Part shown: positions 17,940-30,200 of the stretch, in pieces | Position numbering within the stretch: position 1 is the stretch's first letter | Layout: each line of letters starts with the position of its first letter | Source of the DNA: a virus | Lineage: Duplodnaviria; Caudoviricetes | Length of the DNA: 64,000 nucleotides | Virus record (IMG/VR): IMGVR_UViG_3300020399_000003 | Location: 1-64,000 of that record | Strand: one strand, 5' to 3' | The notes under the pieces: model-generated | Seen by the model: only the letters and a program-made list of their open reading frames with translations | The model's database searches: none | What the model was told of the DNA's origin: nothing | Position numbers and translations under genes: made by a program

Positions 17940-18660
17940 TCATTTAGTACTTATTTCAGGGAAATCCAGCTCTGGCAAGAGTGCCAGTCTAATGGCTATG
18001 GATAATCCTGAAGGTGTTATGTACTTAAATTGCGAAAATGGTAAGAAATTGCCATTTAAAACTAAATTTAAAGAATTAATAGTTACTGATCCAATGCAGG
18101 TATATCAAGCTTTTGAAGAAGCTGAAAAACCAATGCATAAAGATGTACATACCATTGTAATTGATACACTTACATATCTAATGGATATGTACGAAAGTAC
18201 TAAAGTACTTAATGCTACCAATACTATGCAAGCTTGGGGACAGTATGCTCAATACATGAAACAACTCATGTCTCAAGTAGTTGCTAAATCTACTAAAAAT
18301 GTAGTATTTCTAGCTCATACCTCAGATATCCTTAATGAGGCCGAAATGGTTAATGAGACCTTAGTTAAGGTTAAAGGATCACTAATGAATCAAGGTATTG
18401 AGAGCTTCTTTACTACTGTAATATCCACGAAAAAACTTCCACTAACCAAGTTAGATGGTAAATTTGCTAAATCTAAGTTATATGTGATTACAGAGGAAGA
18501 TAAAGCTAATGGATTCAAGTATGTCTACCAGACCAGACTTACAAAAGAGACCGTTAATGAGCGAATGAGAGCCCCTATGGGGATGTGGGATATGAAGGAG
18601 ACCTACATAGATAACAATCTTCAAAATGTTGTTAATAGACTTCACGAGTATTATAAGTAG
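17929..18660 (+). CDS. AAA/Sak4-like ATPase (N4 gp44-like)
   Basis: SGKSSSGKS, VIDTLTYLMD. Confidence 0.85.
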   Translation: MNNNHLVLISGKSSSGKSASLMAMDNPEGVMYLNCENGKKLPFKTKFKELIVTDPMQVYQAFEEAEKPMHKDVHTIVIDTLTYLMDMYESTKVLNATNTMQAWGQYAQYMKQLMSQVVAKSTKNVVFLAHTSDILNEAEMVNETLVKVKGSLMNQGIESFFTTVISTKKLPLTKLDGKFAKSKLYVITEEDKANGFKYVYQTRLTKETVNERMRAPMGMWDMKETYIDNNLQNVVNRLHEYYK

Positions 18661-18677
18661 TTGTGATAAGATACAAC

Positions 18678-18871
18678 AGAGTACTCTAATGGTACCTGCC
18701 TTATGGGTTCCTCCTCCTTCATTAGGATACTCTAACGGAAGCGTTATAAATCACTAGTCCTCTATTTTATGATCGCCAGATCATTAGATAGAGGCAGTTA
18801 TGTTAGCCACCGGGGGATAGTAGCGGTGAATAAGGCATTAATCTCCCTCTGCCCACTGCTACTATTCTTCC
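18678..18871 (+). ncRNA. candidate structured ncRNA (three hairpins)
   Basis: Stems 18678-18733, 18759-18794, 18812-18871 in a gene-free gap. Confidence 0.45.
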
Positions 18872-18879
18872 TCAAGTCC

Positions 18880-18908
18880 TTGATAAATCTACCTAAATAT
18901 GCTATTAT
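18880..18908 (+). promoter_or_regulatory. sigma70-type promoter
   Basis: TTGATA-17 nt-TATTAT with extended -10 TG. Confidence 0.6.
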
Positions 18909-18940
18909 AGCTAATATTCAGCCTAAGTAAAGGAGCCAGC

Positions 18941-19141
18941 ATGAATTATGATGCAGACAACAAAATGCACCATTTAACTCAAGATATTGTGTTTAATGCT
19001 GTAGAAATAGGTTTTGCAGTAGTACAGGAAGTAGCTGATAAAACATTAGCTACACGACCTAATTTATCTCTTAAAGATTTCACTAAAGTATTAGAGGATT
19101 ATCTTATAAAACAAAGAGATATAAATCAGAAAAATGGTTAA
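18941..19141 (+). CDS. small hypothetical protein
   Basis: AAGGAG RBS. Confidence 0.65.
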   Translation: MNYDADNKMHHLTQDIVFNAVEIGFAVVQEVADKTLATRPNLSLKDFTKVLEDYLIKQRDINQKNG

Positions 19142-19179
19142 ATAGAAGTTAATACCACTATAAGAAAGGATATTAAATT

Positions 19180-19926
19180 ATGAGTGAATGGGAACTACCA
19201 AAAGGGTGTGAAATGCCTTCAATTGAGCGAGTAGGAGGCGGAGGATTCGCATGGGAATCTGGAGTATATGATGCATCAATTACGATGGCATATCTCAATC
19301 AGACTACATCTGAAGCCCAATGGTTGAATATTATACTGAAGAACTCTGAAGGTAAAGAAATGAGAGAGAACTTCTGTATTCGATCCGGCAAAGCTAAAGG
19401 GAATAAAGTTTACTATGTTAAAGATGGTAAACAAATTCCACTCCCAGGTTACGCTAGTGCTAACTCTTTATGTGTTGCTGTTACCGGTAAATCTCTGGCT
19501 GAGTGTATGAAGCCTGCTAATAAAGGTGGCACAATCGAAAAGAAGACCATTAATATCTGGAATGTTGAGCTGAAGAAAGAAGCTCCAACAGAACGTCCAG
19601 TTGTTATGGCTTTAGTTAATAAGTCTGTCAAAGTAGCTGTTCATCAAACTATTGAAGATAAGACTGCTAAAGGTACAAATGGTACTTATGAGCCTACAGG
19701 CGAAACTAGGACTACTAATGAATGTAAGTTCTTTGGTAGTGTCGATAGTGGTAAAACCGCTGAAGAGATTACTAAAGATGAAGACGCTACTATGTTTGAT
19801 CGATGGGCTGCTAAGAATACTGGCACTGTCATTGATAAGAGTAGTAAAGATAAGCCTGCATCAGCTGCAGCTATCATGGGTAGCACTCCTGCTGAAAGTA
19901 ATGCACAAGGTTCATTATTTAATTAG
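19180..19926 (+). CDS. single-stranded DNA-binding protein (N4 gp45-like)
   Basis: GGGGFAWESGVYD, LPGYASANSLC, acidic/aromatic C-tail SLFN; conserved position. Confidence 0.85.
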   Translation: MSEWELPKGCEMPSIERVGGGGFAWESGVYDASITMAYLNQTTSEAQWLNIILKNSEGKEMRENFCIRSGKAKGNKVYYVKDGKQIPLPGYASANSLCVAVTGKSLAECMKPANKGGTIEKKTINIWNVELKKEAPTERPVVMALVNKSVKVAVHQTIEDKTAKGTNGTYEPTGETRTTNECKFFGSVDSGKTAEEITKDEDATMFDRWAAKNTGTVIDKSSKDKPASAAAIMGSTPAESNAQGSLFN

Positions 19927-19935
19927 GAGTTTACC

Positions 19936-20463
19936 ATGCTAATTGCAGGTATTGATCCAGGAACTAATGGAGCAATCGCTGTTCTGGACTCAGAGAGTCC
20001 AGACAGCGTTGCCCTGTTAGATTTAAAGAAACAGGATACTTGGTATATTCAACACTGGTTGTACGAATTTATCGACATACTAATGAAGAAACCACTGTTA
20101 TCTCGAGAATACTATATATGGATAGAAGATGTACATTCTATGCATGGAATGTCAGCTAAATCTAATTTTGGATTTGGTAAAAATGTAGGAATGATTACTA
20201 CTATTGCAGAACTACTACTAAAAGATTCACCTCACATAGTTACTCCTAAAGTATGGCAAAAATATATAGGTGTAACTGTTAAAGGTAAATCTATTAAAAA
20301 AGAAGTAGCTAAGATAGCTCAAGGATTATATCCAAATGCAGAACTACATGGTAAACGTGGAGGTCTACTAGATGGTAGAGCCGATGCATTAATGATTGCT
20401 CACTATGGATTAAAACATTGGGAAATAGATGAAATTACCAAAATACAACTGGAGGAAGAATGA
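19936..20463 (+). CDS. ruvC: RuvC-like Holliday junction resolvase
   Basis: IAGIDPGTNGA, IEDV, FGFG, P..WQK, GRADALMIA. Confidence 0.85.
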   Translation: MLIAGIDPGTNGAIAVLDSESPDSVALLDLKKQDTWYIQHWLYEFIDILMKKPLLSREYYIWIEDVHSMHGMSAKSNFGFGKNVGMITTIAELLLKDSPHIVTPKVWQKYIGVTVKGKSIKKEVAKIAQGLYPNAELHGKRGGLLDGRADALMIAHYGLKHWEIDEITKIQLEEE

Positions 20464-20909
20464 AAATAGAGATAGATATAGATGTTGAATCTATAGTAAA
20501 AGAAGCACTTAAAAAGAAACAATCAGAACAGATAGTTTCTGCTCCTATAGAAGCTCCTCCTGTTAATGGAAAATCTAAATGGGAATATGGACGCATATCA
20601 GGTAAGAGACGTACTACTGAAGAACTAGCTCTCCATGAAGCTGAAAAGAAACTAAAGCGTAGACTTACTCCTGAGGAAAAAGGAGAGATCAAAGCTAAAG
20701 TACATATCGATGAAACAACAGAGAATAAGATTAAAGAAGCTGTTATTAAAAAAGATCGTATCGAAAAGATAGCTGCTGGAGGTATGGCCGCAGCAACTAA
20801 AGAATTAAAAGAAGAAAAAGAAATTATATTAGAATCTGATATTAAAATTGTAGAAGAAACAATTCCTGAAACAGAAGATTTTAATCTTCCTAAATCCTTA
20901 TTCCAATGA
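20460..20909 (+). CDS. hypothetical charged protein
   Basis: ORF track; GGAGG RBS. Confidence 0.65.
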   Translation: MKIEIDIDVESIVKEALKKKQSEQIVSAPIEAPPVNGKSKWEYGRISGKRRTTEELALHEAEKKLKRRLTPEEKGEIKAKVHIDETTENKIKEAVIKKDRIEKIAAGGMAAATKELKEEKEIILESDIKIVEETIPETEDFNLPKSLFQ

Positions 20910-21061
20910 TCCAGATTAAAAGTATACTCTATACTATTGGAACTCTGATTCTACTAATCGCGGGGATACTTATGTTACCTCTAGGATTACTATTACTGGC
21001 TGTAGCTATACTCTATGGTTTCTATAGAGTTCTATTCACCGTGAGACATACCAATGATTAA
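20906..21061 (+). CDS. small membrane protein (51 aa)
   Basis: Read by eye: MIQIKSILYTIGTLILLIAGILMLPLGLLLLAVAILYGFYRVLF...; ATGA overlap with previous gene. Confidence 0.55.
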   Translation: MIQIKSILYTIGTLILLIAGILMLPLGLLLLAVAILYGFYRVLFTVRHTND

Positions 21062-21218
21062 TCTACAAGAAGCACTACTAATAGTGAGTAAACTATTAAA
21101 TGATTACTTAAACGATCCTAATATTTCAGTAACCAAAGAACAAGAACAAGCTGTACTATTAATTAGAGATATAGCTGAGGGTAACGGTTGGAGTATTCAG
21201 AATGAATTCCGGGATTAG
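21054..21218 (+). CDS. small hypothetical protein (54 aa)
   Basis: Read by eye: MINLQEALLIVSK...QNEFRD; stop overlaps vRNAP stop. Confidence 0.5.
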   Translation: MINLQEALLIVSKLLNDYLNDPNISVTKEQEQAVLLIRDIAEGNGWSIQNEFRD

Positions 21219-24200
21219 AAATTCTTTAGATCTGATAGTACTTCAAAGAGAGTTATATTATTTGCTTCATCAAATAGATCATCAGTCTGGAAGACATTCG
21301 GTGAGAAGTCTCCACCCATCCAAGCACTATTCACATTACCTAGAGTAGGAATTCCGGACATTTCCTGTAGAAGAGCAGAGATAGCAACAGATGATGGATT
21401 ACTCATTACTAGTTTCTTAACAGCTCTTTGATTTCTTAACCAATAAGATAAAAAGGAAGTAGCACCAAGAGCGTCAAGCATTTCTAATGGAGCAATAAGA
21501 GACTCATCAAATAATACGAATGCTTCTAATGCTTCATGTAATGATTCTTTAAAGGATTTTCCTAAAACATTTTGACTATGTTCCATCATTACATATCGAC
21601 CCATAAAATCTGTCATCTGTACTACTTGTTTAGAGTATTGATATGGAATACTTTCTTTAGTCCAAAACAATGTATGTGCAACTGTTTGTACTGATCGTGG
21701 AATTTTATCCCCAACGTTTTTAAGTTTACCTTTAAATAGTAGACGAGACATTCTATTCCAATATCCATCCAACTGAGCCGCATTAAGATCCTCAATAATT
21801 AATGAATCCACACCTGCTTCATTCATTTTATGAATTTTATTTCCTTTAATTCTAACTCTTAATCTTTTTACTTTTTGAGCTTCAGGACTATTATCTGGTA
21901 ATTTTTTTGTATCAATATCATACTGAAGCTTATTCATTTCAATAGTATCTTTACTGTATTTCTTATATTCAGAAAGTCCTTCAATTAATTTATTAAAAAT
22001 ATAAGACGGTGGAATTTTACGCATCATTAACTGTGTTACATTTGACATCATATTCAAAAATATAACTTTTGGAATTGCTAATACTACTCGATTCTTACCC
22101 CACCCTACTGTTTCTTTAATTGTATAATGACTTAAACCGGCAACTCTTTCAGCTAATGGATGTTTATTATTCTCAAAAATTTTTGCTTGAGTAATATCTT
22201 TTTGTTTATATCCAAAGACCTTATCAACAATATCAATTCGAACCATGAACTCACCATTAACAGCAAACTCTTGCATATATTCTCGAATTGGACGAGGCAT
22301 TTTCTTATAACGTTCATGATATGCCGATGCGGGATCTAACATATTAATAAACTGCTTCGGGTGAGTTTTATATAGCTCTTCCTGTTCATGTACTAATAAG
22401 TGAATTGTTTCTTTATCATTTAAAATCGTATTTTTACGATCCACTAAATTAGAATGCATATGCGCAAATACATTCTGGAATTCTAAATCAGGTCTAATAA
22501 TATTTTTTGTGTCTTCATGATTCATCATTATTCGATAATCAACTATCTTATTATTCTGATCAAATAACGGACGAAATTTAAATCGATCATCAAATCCTAA
22601 CTTCTTAGCTAGTTTATTTTGATGTTGTTTAAATTGTTTAAGCTTAGCGCGAATTGCAGGCATATCTGGCCTACCAGTATTACCAACCTGATAGGCAGGA
22701 TTTAAACTTAATATTTCTGTTAACGTTGTTCCTTGATTCCGTGTATTAGTCGTAGACATAATCCCAGATACATCTTTTACTTCTGGTTTATTTCGATTAA
22801 TATACATAACATAGTGTGTTTGATTAGTAGCTATTTTACTTAATTTAACAGACTCTGTATATCCTCTCTCATCAAATTCCTCTTTTTGTTCTACTGTACC
22901 AATTTGAATATCAGTTAGATTATCCATGCGTTCGACAACGTATCCTTTCATCATTTGAGTAGGATCACCATCGAATAAATCTTTTCGAGATTTTGCTTTA
23001 AAATTAATATGCGCTTGCATAATACTAATAATGCCATTTTGTTGAGAATCAGCTTTAAATTCATTTTTAGCTAAGTCTTTAATTAAATGAGCATCTTGTG
23101 TATCAATATGATCTAATGCTGAAATGGTTGCATATGCATCTAATAAACCTACTCGTTCTTCTGTAGGATTAGAAAGATAATCTAAAGCTATTGAATATGC
23201 ATTAGATCGAGCGTCTGCTAATCGTTCAGTTAATCCTGTCATTTGCCAATACCCTAATTCATCAGCATATTGGATAGCAGCACTATCTGCTGTTACACCT
23301 AATCTGCGTAGTATATCTAGTTGTAATTGTTTTCTAGCTCGTATTGAATTCTTATCTTTACCAATTAATCCAATAATCTTTTTCATTCCAGCAGGTGAAT
23401 TAAGATCTAAACCGGCAGTTATAAGTTGAGATATATCACTGCGTAACATTACATTAGTGAGTGCTTCCCTGGTTTCAACAGACATAGCATGTCGTTTAGT
23501 TGGATCTAATGATTTCCAAATACTTTTTATCCCATCTCGTTTATTTCCATTAAACCAATCTATTTGGAATGTTTCTGCTAGTTGACGTTGTTTTGATATA
23601 TGAACTTTTGATTGAAGTAGTTGTTCAATCATTTTCTCACTAAGAACACCATCTCCAAATTCTTTAAGAAGTCCTCGCATTGAATAGTTCATTTTTTCCA
23701 TCCAACTATTCCGAGCTTCAGTGATAGTATTATCTTCACCAAAATAAATATATGGTAGTGCAATTAATCCAGTAGCAATTTTTAATCCAGGATCAGCACT
23801 TTCAAAACTAGGTTTTCCTTCTTCAGTAGATTTAACTACTGCTCTCGCATATTTTTTATAAGCTTTATTAGCAAAATTTCTAATTATTTGATCAGATGCA
23901 TCTAAAGCTTTATATGTTTTACTTTGTATTTGTTCAGCTTTACTTTTATGTTTATTCTGAATTGCAACGAGTTGTTCAGTTATGGCAATAGCTTCTGACA
24001 ACTGTAAGTCATTCTCAGGCTTATACACACGTTGCCCTAACACTTCTCTAACAATATCAACAATATTTTTAATCATATCTAACATTCGTCCGTATAACCC
24101 GGTCCTTTGAGCAATGGAATTACTCTTCATGAAATTAGATAGAGACGCATTCGTATTAGCATAAGCCATAAACTCATGTAATCGAGCTTCTTCTTTTGCA

Positions 24201-27200
24201 TGGAATGCATGCTGATATTGTTTTTTAGCCATAACAATTTCTGCAGCAGTAGCTAATTTTGTAGGACCTGTACCAGGTGGTAAGAACACTTTATAACCTT
24301 GTCCTTTACCGTATGTTAGTTCTAAAGTAGTTTCAACATTTGAATACAATCTTTCAATTCTTTGCCTAACTAAAGGGGATTGATCAATAGCTATAGAAGT
24401 CATCCCATGTAGTAGTTCATGAGTATAGACTTCCTGAGGAGATTGACCATTACGAATTCTTGGGGCATTTCGACTAGCTGAAATTGTTATTCTTTCTTGA
24501 GCTTCACTATATGTTCCTTGAGTAATTCCTTCGATTTGTTCATATGTTAATTGAATGCCTGCTGTTGCATCAAAACCTTTACTTAATATATCTAATACGC
24601 GACTTAGACTATCTGTATGACTAGCTTCTTCTTCCGCGTTATTATAATAATTACCTGATAGCTCAACAAAATCATTAAATAATGTTTTAACTTTATTACG
24701 AGTTATGTCACCCATATCTTTTGGGTCACCATAAATCTTTCCTTTCTCAGCCAGTAAAGATTTTAATTCTTGTTTATCCTCTTCAGTAAAAAAGTCAAAA
24801 GAAGTTTGATGTTCTTCGTACGTTCTAGTAAATGTTTCTGCGATCTCTTTTTTAGCTACTGGATTACGTTCTCTATTATTAACTGATTCTTCAGCTGTAG
24901 CTAACATTCCCTCTCTCAATACTTGATCTTGAGATTGACCTTCTGGTTTCTGCATAAACATTTGTAGAGATTCATTAAGTCCACCATTTTCAGAAGCTAA
25001 TTTTTCAAGTTGTCGTCTTGCTTCTAAAACTTTGTCTTTTACTTTTGCAAAACCTTCTATTAGTTCTTGATAACCAATTTTGTCATCATCAGATTTATTC
25101 TTATTATCAAAAAATTCATTTTTAACCCAATCCATAAGTTCTGCTTCAAGACTACGAACACCTTCAGGCCATTCATTATTGTTTTTTTCTACAATATCAT
25201 TATCCATTTGAGAGGTAATACCAAGAACCTTTTGGACTTGATCATAAGTTTGCTCAATAACACTATGTGTTCGATTATAGTGGAGAAACAATTGTCCATA
25301 AGCTGCACTAATGGTAGATAGCTGTTCTGGGCTAGCCATAAATGCATCATGTAGCATTAATACATTTAAATCCCCAACCCAACGTTTACCATCAACATTA
25401 ATATTTGAATCACCATTCATTGTCTGAGTTAGCAGAACAGAGTCCATATTAATGATCTGACGAATTAAAGCAGACACTCCAGGCTCAATAAATCTTAATT
25501 GTTGTGGGAAGGTATTATGAGTTTGAGAAGTATTAGAATCATACTTACCATCTTTACCCTGATTAGCTGTTCTATATTCTATTCTTTCGTCAGCAAGTTT
25601 ATCTCTACCTTGAAGACTTGAAACTAAATCTAATTGTATTTCTTCAGGAATATCCTTTTTAAAATTTATTATTTTAATTAATCTAGTTTTAGCATTTTCA
25701 GTTAAGTCATCTACATTCTCTTCAACAAAATTAATGAGTTCTTTACTACTCATTTTATCAATGTTTTCAGGTACTCCTATTTTCTCGTTTAGTACTGAAA
25801 CATTTTCAGTTTTAGATAAATCAATAAATCCTTCCGTATTACCATTTTCATCAATACTAGATATAGGTCCTTTATACTGAGGAAATACTTTAATCAACTC
25901 ACCTTTTGTATCTTTAATTAACTTAGTTAATTCATGTTTAGTTAAAGAACTACGACCAACTTCTTTTAATTTTGTATCATAGGCTCGTTTAAAATGAACC
26001 ATAAACGTACCATGCAGTACTCCACCCATTTGAACAATGGTATCTCTAGCTTCCTGAGTAGGCGCTAACATAGTCTTAAGACCATGATCAAATCGAGGAG
26101 CTATTGTAGTACTGATATTGGCACGGAGGTAATTATCATTAAAATATTTATTTAATGATTCACCTTTTTTCATAGATTCTATAAATTGTGCTTTTGTAAC
26201 AACAGGTTTAGTACCTCGATTCTCTTGTCGAAAAGCTCCTAATGCTTCTAATGCATTTACAAAATCAGTCATCTGTTTTGCATAACTTCGTAATTCTTGA
26301 GCAATATCTGCAGCTTCTCCTTCAAGTCGTTCACCTACGTCTGTAAATTTATATTGTTGGAAAAAAGCTTCTGCTTCTGCAGACGATGCTCTCATACTAT
26401 TGTATGTTTGTTGCATTACTCCAACTTGGGAGTAGAGTTCACTAATAATATCTTTAGTAACGTCTTTAGAAATACGATCTATACCGCCACCGTACATATG
26501 GATAATAAACGGGTATTTAACTACACTGCGTAGGGCTCCAGCATCTTGTGTAAAATCGGGGTAGATAGTATTAAGTGCAGCATTTAATTTATTATAGTCA
26601 CTAAGTAAATTCTCAGCAGCTTTCTTCTCAATTTTTTCATTACCTTTATCTTTTTTCTTTACATGATAATTCCATTTATTTTCTTTATATAAAGAGAATT
26701 CACTATAATCATCTTTCCATCGATTCTTATTAATAAAATCAATTGCTATCTTATTGGATTTAGATTCAAGATTTAATGTTCCATCGCCCATTGCTTCTTG
26801 TACATACTCTGCAAGAGTCTGATAGGTATCTGGAGCTTTAGTATCATGCTCAGTATCATTACCAAAATATGTAGCTACTTTAGCAAGCATCTCTGGCATA
26901 TTTTTCCACATAGGAAATTGCATAACATTCATTGCAAAGCCATTAGAGATACCATCAATCTCCATAACAATATCTGATTCAAATGATTTATTAATTGTTT
27001 TTCTAAAGCCAAGCTTAGCTGATTTACTAGGAGATACGGTCATGTACTGAGCTAATCCAGCAATACCCTGGAGTAAAGACATGTTGCCACCTTTAGTATC
27101 TTCGCCAAATTTAACAATAGATAACGCATCAGCAAATTCTTTAGCTGCTGCTTTCTTCGCCACCAGTGCATTCTTATGCTTAGTCTTATTAGCTTTTTTA

Positions 27201-30200
27201 AGCTTAGTGCTCTCTACAAGATTTCTTGCTTTAGTTAATTTTTGATAAGCATGAACTGCAGCTAATACATTACTGTTATTAACAAGATCATTAAAATAAG
27301 TTTTTGAGTCACCATAAGTTTGTTTATCAATATCACTTCCAAAATTCTGAGCAACAGCTAACTCAAACTTCCATAGATTTTTTTCGTTGTAAGTTTTTGG
27401 TTCCCAGGATTTTAATAGGAAACGATCAACTTTACTTCCTTGAGGATTGATCTTGCCTTCTTGCATAATACGATGATGATTCTGCAGGCTATAAGTAAAA
27501 TAAAATTTATCTAATTCATTACGATCATTAGCCTCTACAAGTCTTTTTAAGCTAGCTAATTTATCTCTATTAGAAGCTGCTTTAGACTCCATATCATATT
27601 CATGCCATCTACCTTTTTTAATAGGTTCACCGTTTTTATCTATTTTACGTTTACCATCTTTATCTAATACATATACATATTCACCATTAGCATCTTTTTC
27701 ATATAATTCTTCAATACCCATTACTTGTTCTAGAACATCACTATGATCTTCAAATAGATCACTAACTATATCCATTGGTTGAGATTTACTCCATTCAACC
27801 TTATGTAGTTTTTTCATGAGTCTTTGAACTTCTTGAGGTACTTCTCCAAAAGTACCGGGTACATCAGTTCGAATATCTCGTGGATTTTGTAGCGGACCAG
27901 CATTAGATTGAATATCTAAATTAAGTGTTGTAGTTAGATCCTTTACTGCAGCTAATCCCTCTTCTGAAGGTGGGCGCTTCTCATTAACCTTAAGTTGCCT
28001 ATATCCAAATCCATCTTTATCAGCTTTAGACCCCTTAACATTATTGTTATAGGCTCTGCCTGGTACAGTAGCTTCATCGAATGCCCATTTATGTACATCT
28101 TTAATAAAGTAAGCTTCACTATCATTGCCTTGAGCTGTTTCAATAGCTGCCATTCCAAGAGCAGGAATTAGATGTTCATAGTATATATCTATTCCTTCTT
28201 GTGTTAATTCACCAGAAGCTTTAGTTGGGGATAAGTGTAGCATCTGGGATATGTCATATCCTATCTGTCTAGCTACATCGTTATAGCTGTATCCTAATTT
28301 ACCTAGTTCAGTCTTCTCATTTTGATTTAATTTTTGAGTATTATTATAGAGAAAAGTTTCCATTTTATAGTCACTATCTCCAAATACATTATTATCTGCA
28401 GTTCTTTGTCTCCATGTCATTGCACCAACCATCATTGAGAATATAACTTGATTAGGTAATATTCCTTGATGATTATCAGGATTTTTCGTATCTTCACGAT
28501 ACAGTAATGACAAGGGTTGTCTAATAGCGTAATTAGTTGTATCAATTAAATTTGCAAGTGGGACTGTAAGAGCTTTACCATCATTTGCATTAGGAGCTTG
28601 AATTACTGCTTCTTTTCCTTTAATAGCTAAAACTTTAAATTGGGTACCCGCATATTTAGCTTCATTTTCAGTAGAGCTACTATCTACTAATACAACTGTA
28701 TTTCCTTTTACAATTGCATGATAAAGAGTTTCTCTAAAACGTTTTGCAAATTTGCTGTACCTAGCAACTAAAACTTTAGCTGATTTAGGATCAAGTCCTA
28801 GATTTGTTAATGCTTTAGTTAGTGCTTTAGTAGATTCAAAATCAGCATCAGAAAGAGTATGAATACCTCCTTCTTTAACTCGTTTACCTATATTAACTAA
28901 ATCAGTAAATTTTTTCCCAACTAGGCCGAGAGCTTTATCTAAATTATCTTTGCTTACTGCTTTAAGAGCTGTTTGATATATTAGAGTAGCAGACTCTACA
29001 AAATTCTTTCCTGCGAAGGAGAATTCGATTTGCTCTCCGGGCTTACCTTCTTCATCTTTAGTAGTTTCTCGCACATCAGGAGTAGATTCATCAGGAGATT
29101 TAGCAGATTCTTCAGGTGCTTTATCTTCTGTCCGAGTGTCATCTCCTGCTGGTTCATCAGTTTTGGATTCTGCGATACGTGATTCAAGACCTGCAATTGT
29201 TGTTTTGAGTTCGTCAATTTTGTCTCGAAGAATTTTTTTATTCTCATCACCTTCCCCCAGTTCATTAAATGCATCAACAGTAGTCTTTAATTCTGTTTTA
29301 GCTTCTTTTAATTGATTTTCTAAAGTAGAAGCTTCGTCTACTGTTTCATCAATTTTAATATCTTCTCGTTGTTCATCTGTTACTTCTTCAACAACGCGAG
29401 GCATAGCCCCTCTTAGCTTAACTAGTGTGTCATATACGTTTTGCTTAGCTTTAATCTTAATTTCTTGATTAGCAGCTGTTTGGGCCATAGAAGTCTTCTT
29501 ATAACCCTGCACTGTTCCCATAATTAACTTGCCATATTTAACTTCTCCTTCTAAATTATTAATAAGACCATCAGACTTATTAATAGTAAAGTTTGCAAAT
29601 TTATGGGTTTTATCACTGATAAGAGTAACGAATTGTCCATTAGTTTTACGAGCTTCAAATGATGATCCTTCTTTATATTCAACTCCATTAGCTTTAGCTT
29701 GAGCTTTTGCATCTGCTTCAGTTAATGGCATAGAAACCGTTTTGTAGTTCATTTTGCGTACACCTCTCGGTGACTTTTCATCAATTGAACCTACAACAAC
29801 AGCACCCATACCAGAGGCTAAGTTAGGGATCATACCTTTAGCTCGTTTAAACTCAGCCAATTTACTACTTAAATTAGTCGCATGAGTAATCATTTTCGAA
29901 GTAAGTGCTCTAATATGTCTGTCACGAAGTACAGGATCAGTTAGATTCTTATACGAATTAATAATTTCTTCATGGTATTTAGCTAAACCTTTCCACTTTT
30001 TAGTATCACCTTCTAAAATTTCTTCATGAACATCAGCCATTGTTTTTTCGGCTTGTTCTTCTTTTTCAGCTCTTTTAGCTTTTTCTATTTTTCTATCAAC
30101 TTGATTTTGCCAATAGAGTGTATCTTCTGCAGGAGCATCTGGATCTGCTTTTGATTGCGCTAATTTTTTCTTTGTTTCATCAATGGATAATTTATCATGC

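Noticed and set aside
12800-20692. Overlapping ORFs 12800-13006(-), 14141-14323, 16178-16432(-), 19449-19942, 20435-20692(-)
   Set aside because: Overlap well-supported genes; a + strand 58-aa ORF with an RBS explains 12813-12989 better.
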